The position numbers and the translations under genes were made by a program. A model generated the notes under the pieces. It was not told where the DNA came from, made no database searches, and saw nothing but the letters and a program-made list of their open reading frames with translations. A stretch of DNA of 64,000 bases from Candidatus Hadarchaeota archaeon (GTDB taxonomy: Archaea; Hadarchaeota; Hadarchaeia; Hadarchaeales; Hadarchaeaceae), in the NCBI GenBank assembly GCA_964343275.1, contig CAYFIY010000001.1, positions 49,683 through 113,682 on the forward strand. The letters run 5' to 3'. Below, piece after piece: positions 58,245 to 64,000 of this stretch. Position 1 is the stretch's first letter. The number at the start of each line of letters is the position of its first letter.

Positions 58245-59594
58245 TTACTTGAACTTCCTTACGGCTGCCCTCAGCTCTTTCATACCTAGCTTTCCAAGCT
58301 CTTTTGCCCGCTCCTCTGAAACAGCTTCAGCGAAGCATCGGAATATCGGTTCAGTTCCGGAAGGTCTCAGCAAGAGCCAGCCATCATCGAAATTCACCCT
58401 TAGGCCGTCTGTCCGGTCCAATCTGTAATCTGAGAATTTTTGGCCGATGTTTTTTAGTATCTTCTTTTTGAGCTCGTTTGGGCACTTAATCCTCAGTTTT
58501 ATTTGAGAGTAGGTAGGAAGGGTCAGGTTCAATTCAGAAGTTTTCATGTTAGCTCGATCAAGTGCCTCAATGAACTGCGCAGCTGTCATAATCCCGTCCC
58601 TGCAGAGTAGCCAATCTGGGAATATCACACCGCCGTTTTCCTCCCCCCCTATATGGCCACCACCATTGCGAAATTCCTCTATTAGCTCTGGTTCGCCAAC
58701 CCGTGTTCGTACGACTTTGCCTTTCAGCTTCGAAGCCACGTCGTCGAGCACGGAACTTGTTGCAACCGTAGTTAATATCATGGGGTGGCGTCTTCCATGG
58801 AGATAATGAAGCGCCACAAGGGCAAAGACTCTGTCCCCGCTTAAGATTCCGCCCCGTTCATCAACGATGATAGTCCTGTCCGCGTCACCATCATGTGCTA
58901 TCCCCAAATCGGCTCTGGAGTTTACCACTGTTTTCGCGAGTTCTCCAAGATTCTCGGGAACTGTTTCGAGCTTTCTCCCAGGGAAGGTGCCGTCAAGCTG
59001 GCTGTTCATCGATATTACATCACAACCGAGTTCCCCGAGTAGGTGCGGGGTCACTAGGTTGCCGACTGCATTTGCGCAGTCCACCACCACCCTGGGTCTC
59101 CGTCTGAACTTGGGTACCCTTTTCCGGAGAGCTTCGGTGTAAGGAACTATTGTCTCAGACTCCTTAACGCGTCCTATGTCGCGCCAGTTAGTCATATTTG
59201 ATATTTTGGAGACGATGCGCTCTATTTCAGTTTCCTGTCTCCGTTGAAAACCTGCTCCTTCGCTGTCCCAGAACTTGATTCCATTGTACTCAGGGGGATT
59301 GTGCGAGGCTGTGATCATGACGCCTGCATCGCAGGAGAAGTGTTTGGTGGCAAACGAGAGGACGGGCGTAGGGATTAGGCCCAGTTTCAGGGCTTGACAA
59401 CCGCCAGCTGTCAGGCCAGCTATTAACGCGTGTTCGATCATCATGCCGGAGGTTCGGTTATCCCTACCTACAGCTATTCTCCCGCTGCCCCTCAGATGGA
59501 CAGCTAGTGCCAGTCCGAGCTCAAGCGCTAGTTGTGGAGTTAGATCTTCGTTCGCGACGCCTCGAATCCCAAATGTGCCGAAAAGCTTTGGCAT
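58245..59594 (-). CDS. glmM: phosphoglucosamine mutase / phosphohexomutase (GlmM/ManB family)
   Basis: LFGTFGIRGV..., TASHNPPEYNGIKF active-site serine loop, GDGDADR metal loop. Confidence 0.85.
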   Translation of the reverse strand: MPKLFGTFGIRGVANEDLTPQLALELGLALAVHLRGSGRIAVGRDNRTSGMMIEHALIAGLTAGGCQALKLGLIPTPVLSFATKHFSCDAGVMITASHNPPEYNGIKFWDSEGAGFQRRQETEIERIVSKISNMTNWRDIGRVKESETIVPYTEALRKRVPKFRRRPRVVVDCANAVGNLVTPHLLGELGCDVISMNSQLDGTFPGRKLETVPENLGELAKTVVNSRADLGIAHDGDADRTIIVDERGGILSGDRVFALVALHYLHGRRHPMILTTVATSSVLDDVASKLKGKVVRTRVGEPELIEEFRNGGGHIGGEENGGVIFPDWLLCRDGIMTAAQFIEALDRANMKTSELNLTLPTYSQIKLRIKCPNELKKKILKNIGQKFSDYRLDRTDGLRVNFDDGWLLLRPSGTEPIFRCFAEAVSEERAKELGKLGMKELRAAVRKFK

Positions 59595-59620
59595 GATTCA
59601 CTAGCTTCTAATTGTCGCAC

Positions 59621-59632
59621 ACGATATTAAAT
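59621..59632 (+). promoter_or_regulatory. TATA-box-like element (GATATTAAATCG) about 25-30 bp upstream of the tRNA at 59653
   Basis: AT-rich TATA-like hexamer spacing typical of archaeal tRNA promoters. Confidence 0.35.
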
Positions 59633-59652
59633 CGTGGCGTATTAATTAACTC

Positions 59653-59757
59653 GGGCCCGTGGCCAAACCAGGATAAGGCGGCAAGTGGAAACACCCGCAA
59701 GCCTTCTATCCAATCGAGGATAGCTGCAGATCGTGGGTTCGAATCCCACCGGGCCCG
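59653..59757 (+). tRNA. intron-containing tRNA gene (105-nt precursor, intron about 30 nt); isotype unresolved, intron position apparently non-canonical
   Basis: Perfect acceptor GGGCCCG/CGGGCCC plus discriminator G; D-arm GCC-AAACCAGGATAA-GGC; T-arm GTGGG-TTCGAAT-CCCAC with variable AGATC; the 47-nt middle region contains hairpin CTATCC-AATCGA-GGATAG; no CCA encoded. Confidence 0.6.
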
Positions 59758-59868
59758 TTACTCTGGATCTTGTAGTTTATCTTTATGCTTTAGTCTACCA
59801 TATTTTAAGGCTCGGAGAATATTGTAGGGGATAAAACGGCAAAAATAAGCATTATAGGCAGCGGTGTC

Positions 59869-60720
59869 GTGGGTACAATAACTGGCAGGGGTCTCAAGAA
59901 GTTAGGCAACAAATTGGTATTTTTTGATATTAGTGAAAAAAAGGCAAAGGCGCTCAGTAGATTAGGACTCCACGTCGTTGTCGATATTTCTGAAGCGGTG
60001 GAAAACTCCGAAATATCTCTAATAACTGTGCCCACCCCTACCAACGGTGGAAAAATTGACCTGAGTTACATCAAGGCAGCTATCCAAGGATTAGGTAATA
60101 GTCTGAGGCGCAAGGACAGTTACCATTTAGTGGTGGTAAAAAGTACGGTTGTTCCAACCACTACTGAAAAGGTTGTCATCCCCTTGTTGGAGAGGAGTTC
60201 CGGTAAAAAGGTCGGGAAGGCTATTGGTGTTTGTGTGAACCCAGAGTTTCTCACTGAGATTCAAAAATCTTGGACCGATGACAAGGAATTCACGAGAGAC
60301 TTCTTTAGCGAGGAGAGAATCATAATTGGTGAGGTCGACAAGAAATCTGGCGATATCATTCAGAAATTGTACAAGCCATTGAAAGTCCCCATTTTTCGAA
60401 CTAGTTTGAGGACGGCCGAGATGATAAAGTATGCCAGTAATTGCGCTTTGGCTAGTCGTATCTCCTACTGGAACGAAATCTTTTACATATGCAAAAAGAT
60501 TGGTGTGGATTCTAATTCCGTGGCTCAGTTAGTTGGTCTCGACCAACGGATAGGAAAATACGGAACAATCCACGGTAAGGCTTTCGGGGGGAAATGCCTT
60601 CCAAAGGACTTGGATGCATTTATAGCCTTTTCGAACGAAATCGGATATAAACCAAAACTCCTACAAGCTGTTGCCAAAATAAATAAGAAAATCAGGAAAG
60701 ATATAGGGGTTAGGGACTAG
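59869..60720 (+). pseudogene. UDP-glucose/GDP-mannose 6-dehydrogenase family gene, apparently degraded: no canonical start before the Rossmann motif and no C-terminal UDP-binding domain
   Basis: In-frame upstream codons (from 59809) encode KISIIGSGVVG (GxGxxG) but contain no ATG/GTG/TTG after the stop at 59806; catalytic GGKCLPKD present; ORF ends about 40 aa later (283 aa versus the usual 420-440). Confidence 0.45.
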
Positions 60721-60728
60721 GTGGCTGC

Positions 60729-61580
60729 ATGAAAGTAATCATCCCTGCTGCCGGTATGGGGACAAGACTCCTTCCCGCGACCAAGGAGCAACCGAAGGAG
60801 ATGTTGCCTCTTTTTGCCAAAACAAAGGGAGGACAACATAGCTTGAAGCCCCTGCTGCAGCTCGTCTTCGAGCAGCTCTACAGCGTGGGGTTTCGCGAGT
60901 TTTACTTCATCATAGGGAGAGAAAAGCGGGCCATAGAGGATCATTTCACACCTGAGTATGAATATGTGGAAATGCTCGAGCGCAAGAGGAAAAATGAACT
61001 GGCTGGCGAGTTGCGGAACTTCTACGATAAGATAGAAGGTTCTAAGATAGTCTGGGTCAACCAGCCGGAGCCAAGAGGATTCGGCGATGCCGTGTTAAGG
61101 GCGGCACATTTCGTTCGCGATGAGCCCGTGTTCGTTCACGCAGGCGACACCTTTGTTGTATCCGAACGAGATCGACATCTTCGGGAGTTAATCAAAACTC
61201 ATAAAAATCTAGACGCTTCTATGACTTGTCTTTTACGTGAAGTTGGGGATCCGAGGCAGTTTGGCGTGGCGGAGGTTGAAAGGATCAAGGGGGATGTCTT
61301 TAAGCTAAATAGATTAGTTGAAAAACCAACAAAACCGAAGACCAATCTAGCCATAATGCCTATTTACATCTTTGCTCCCGTCATTTTCAAGGCGCTGAAC
61401 GAGGTACGTCCAGGAAAGGGCAACGAGATTCAATTGACAGATGGCATGCAAAAGCTCATTAAAATGGGTCTAGGCACATATGCTCTCAAGATGCGTTCTA
61501 ATGATATTTGGTTAGACATCGGCACCATCGAAACATATTGGGATGCCTTAAAAGCTTCTTTTGACCACTTTGTTAGGTGA
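60729..61580 (+). CDS. galU: UTP-glucose-1-phosphate uridylyltransferase (GalU-like sugar nucleotidyltransferase)
   Basis: KVIIPAAGMGTRLLPATKEQPKEMLP signature. Confidence 0.8.
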   Translation: MKVIIPAAGMGTRLLPATKEQPKEMLPLFAKTKGGQHSLKPLLQLVFEQLYSVGFREFYFIIGREKRAIEDHFTPEYEYVEMLERKRKNELAGELRNFYDKIEGSKIVWVNQPEPRGFGDAVLRAAHFVRDEPVFVHAGDTFVVSERDRHLRELIKTHKNLDASMTCLLREVGDPRQFGVAEVERIKGDVFKLNRLVEKPTKPKTNLAIMPIYIFAPVIFKALNEVRPGKGNEIQLTDGMQKLIKMGLGTYALKMRSNDIWLDIGTIETYWDALKASFDHFVR

Positions 61581-62529
61581 GAAATTGAAATTAAATAAAT
61601 TAGCCTTGGTCACAGGTGGGGCGGGTTTTGTAGGATCATGGCTATGCGATCGACTTCTTGAGATGGGTTTACATGTAATATGTGTGGACAACCTTGCTTC
61701 GGGAAACAGGCGAAATATAGCCAACCTCTTTACAAACAAAAAGTTCAAGTTCGTGGAGTACGATGTAACAAAACCGATGAATATACGGGGCGCTGTAAAC
61801 TACGTTTTTAATCTGGCGTCTCGAGCCTCACCGGTAGACTTTAAGAAATATGCGATTGATATTTTGCTGGCTAATTCTACTGGGACTCGAAATGCGCTGG
61901 AATTAGCTAGGCAAAAGAAGGCAAGACTTCTGTTGGCTTCTTCTTCCGAGGTGTATGGGGATCCTCTCGAACATCCTCAAAAGGAGGAGTATAGAGGGAA
62001 CGTCAGTACCACTGGTCCAAGATCACCCTACGATGAAGCAAAGCGGTTTGGAGAGGCGCTTGCATCCGCTTATCATAAGACTCATGGGATGGACATCAGA
62101 ATCGCCCGTATCTTTAACACCTATGGGCCTAGGATGAGAAATGATGATGGACGGGTAATCCCAAATTTTATCACACAAGCTCTGAAAGGACGACCAATTA
62201 CCGTTTACGGGGATGGCTCCCAGACTAGGTCTTTTTGCTATATCGATGATCTGATTGATGGAATTTCGAAACTAATGTTTGTGGATGGATTGGGTGGCGA
62301 AGTGGTTAACTTGGGAAATCCAGATGAAATCAACGTCTTAGAGGTAGCAAAACTTGTAAAAAAATTAACTGGTTCAACGTCAAAAATAGTTTTTAAACAT
62401 TTACCCCAGGATGATCCCATTCGTAGAAGGCCAGAGCTATCTAGGGCCAAGAGACTTTTTGGTTGGAAACCTGCTGTATCGTTAGTGGAGGGGCTTGGAA
62501 AAACTATAGAGTACTCTCAAATGAAGTGA
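61561..62529 (+). CDS. uxs: UDP-glucuronate decarboxylase (UDP-xylose synthase; short-chain dehydrogenase/reductase (SDR) family)
   Basis: VTGGAGFVGS, SSSEVYGDP, YDEAKR (YxxxK), RIARIFNTYGPRM, TVYGDGSQTRSFCYIDDL: all UXS hallmarks. Confidence 0.85.
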   Translation: MTTLLGEKLKLNKLALVTGGAGFVGSWLCDRLLEMGLHVICVDNLASGNRRNIANLFTNKKFKFVEYDVTKPMNIRGAVNYVFNLASRASPVDFKKYAIDILLANSTGTRNALELARQKKARLLLASSSEVYGDPLEHPQKEEYRGNVSTTGPRSPYDEAKRFGEALASAYHKTHGMDIRIARIFNTYGPRMRNDDGRVIPNFITQALKGRPITVYGDGSQTRSFCYIDDLIDGISKLMFVDGLGGEVVNLGNPDEINVLEVAKLVKKLTGSTSKIVFKHLPQDDPIRRRPELSRAKRLFGWKPAVSLVEGLGKTIEYSQMK

Positions 62530-62536
62530 AATTACT

Positions 62537-63196
62537 TCAACGTTTGCTCCCCTTGAAAATAACAGCCAAACCGTTATTATTGAAATATTTGTATGGGTGG
62601 AGGTCCTGCCTGTTCTTGTTGTAGTCGTTTATAGCCCCCATAACCCCAGGCCAAGTGATAATATCGTGCAGAGTTATTAGTCCCCCAATTCTAACATATG
62701 GTTCGTATTTTTTCAGCTCATCAATCGCATGTTGGTATGTGTGAATCGTGTCGATGAAAAGGTGGTCTATGGGCTTGTCCCATTTCAATTTTAAGCTGTT
62801 TTCTCGGATAAATGTCCAGTGTTTCTCGAGATTGTAGGCTTTTATTTTTGTGTGGGCTTCCTCACATTGATCGATATCTATGCTGTATACTTTTCCGTTT
62901 ATTTTCTTAGCTGCGTCGAGAAAGGCTATAGTCGTCTCGCCAGTTCCAGTTCCAAGCTCAAGCACGGTCTTTAATCCGAGTTCGATGGTGAGCATGTTCA
63001 GCGTAGCGAGATGCTCATGTATGTCTGTCGGTTTTACCATGTGTGCTTCAAGAGGGATCGCCGGCCTGATATTGTGTTCCATTTTTTCAGCTTGAAGAAG
63101 ATAATATCTCTGCTTTCCGTGTAAAAGGTAATCCAGCGCCCTCTTGGGGTGACGCAAACCCGACTTCAATTTTTGGCTCTTAGTCATTCGCCGCAC
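62537..63196 (-). CDS. class I SAM-dependent methyltransferase (O-methyltransferase/CmcI-like)
   Basis: VLELGTGTGETT SAM motif I; 219 aa. Confidence 0.65.
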   Translation of the reverse strand: MRRMTKSQKLKSGLRHPKRALDYLLHGKQRYYLLQAEKMEHNIRPAIPLEAHMVKPTDIHEHLATLNMLTIELGLKTVLELGTGTGETTIAFLDAAKKINGKVYSIDIDQCEEAHTKIKAYNLEKHWTFIRENSLKLKWDKPIDHLFIDTIHTYQHAIDELKKYEPYVRIGGLITLHDIITWPGVMGAINDYNKNRQDLHPYKYFNNNGLAVIFKGSKR

Positions 63197-63346
63197 CGCA
63201 AATTAAAGATGATTTCGTGCGCTGGGATAAATAATCTTACTAGTACCGTTCAAATACCTAGTGTTTAAAGATTTGATAGTGAGTCAGATATCCCAGAGCC
63301 CGAGATGGACGCTGAATTCAACTTTTATGTTGAGGCTAAAAATTAA

Positions 63347-64000
63347 TCATGCTTTACCTTTTCTCCAATAATTGAGAGTATTTTCAAGTGTTCTTTCCAG
63401 AGGAATATTTGGCTTCCAACCACAATCCCGTTTTATTTTAGTGTTATCCCCTACGATTATTGTCTCGTCTGTAGGACGCAGTTTTTTTGGGTCTATCTTA
63501 ATTTTTACTTTAATTCCTGATATCTCCAACAACTTGGGTAAAATCTCCCCTATTTTTATGGGGTTTGATGAGCAGACGTTGTACACACTACCAACTTCCC
63601 CTTTTTCTAGTACGGCCCAAAACGCGTCCAGGGCGTCTTGGATGTCTATTAAGTCCCGGATAACCTCCAAACTACCGACATGTATGACGGAGTCAGCTTT
63701 ACCTCGCTCGATTCTGACTATCTGCCTAGAAAAATCTGAACAAGCATCCCCAGTTTTTTTTGGGCCCGTAGCGCCAAAAATTCTGAGTCTAAATGTCCTG
63801 ATTTGGTAATTCCTAAAGTACTGGTAAGCGAGTAGATCCTGGGCTACTTTGCTCACTCCATAAGGGCTGACGGGAAGCAGCCGATGATTTTCTTTGATGG
63901 GCGGTTCGTACTTTTGGATAAATCCATATTCTGCGCTTGAGCCCGGGACGAGTATTTTCGGGTTCAATTTAAGCTTTCTTACGGTTTCAAAAAGGTATAC
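63347..64000 (-). CDS. NAD-dependent sugar epimerase/dehydratase (SDR), 5'-partial at window edge
   Basis: C-terminal two-thirds of a GDP-mannose/dTDP-glucose 4,6-dehydratase-like protein (SPYGVSK YxxxK, IFGATGP); the ORF continues past position 64000. Confidence 0.7.
   Translation of the reverse strand, partial: VYLFETVRKLKLNPKILVPGSSAEYGFIQKYEPPIKENHRLLPVSPYGVSKVAQDLLAYQYFRNYQIRTFRLRIFGATGPKKTGDACSDFSRQIVRIERGKADSVIHVGSLEVIRDLIDIQDALDAFWAVLEKGEVGSVYNVCSSNPIKIGEILPKLLEISGIKVKIKIDPKKLRPTDETIIVGDNTKIKRDCGWKPNIPLERTLENTLNYWRKGKA

Noticed and set aside
1-64000. CRISPR arrays, integrases, transposases, toxin-antitoxin or other mobile or defence elements
   Set aside because: No direct-repeat/spacer arrays, no recombinase-like ORFs, no inverted terminal repeats; the only decayed genes (MinD-like, SNase-like, UGDH-like) lack mobile-element hallmarks

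Overview
This 64-kb window is a dense, almost entirely core-genome stretch of an archaeal chromosome, roughly 47% GC. The archaeal call rests on the gene set: Dph2, aIF2-alpha, Nop10, PAN, Cdc48, TFE, TFS, PCNA, PriS/PriL, Gins, multi-OB RPA, RadA, the isoprenoid-ether-lipid enzymes GGR and DGGGPS, an archaeal HMG-CoA reductase, and intron-containing tRNAs. There is no rRNA, CRISPR array, integrase or transposase. The notable content is: (i) a replisome cluster, TFS / OB-fold / PCNA / PriL / PriS / Gins; (ii) the conserved L44e-S27e-aIF2a-Nop10-PAC2 operon, whose two short genes S27e and Nop10 are missing from the supplied ORF track; (iii) a queE-queD-DUF123 operon; (iv) an NreA-like repair protein with a radical-SAM SPL-like partner; (v) RPA-RadA; (vi) trehalose genes (TreT, TPP); (vii) a UDP-sugar cluster with an apparently truncated UDP-glucose dehydrogenase; (viii) two multiply frameshifted pseudogenes (MinD/ParA-like and staphylococcal-nuclease-like); (ix) three tRNA genes, two with introns, one of which (59653-59757) I could not fold with the intron at the canonical position; (x) a roughly 300-nt GC-rich, highly structured non-coding element between topA and cobO that looks like an unclassified ncRNA; and (xi) a perfect 3 x 24-bp tandem repeat encoding a lysine-rich N-terminal extension of TFE. 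I did not find a clearly novel multi-gene system such as a defence island. The most interesting unexplained items are the structured RNA, the odd intron-containing tRNA, the DUF123 and SPL-like partners in otherwise known operons, and the pseudogenes.
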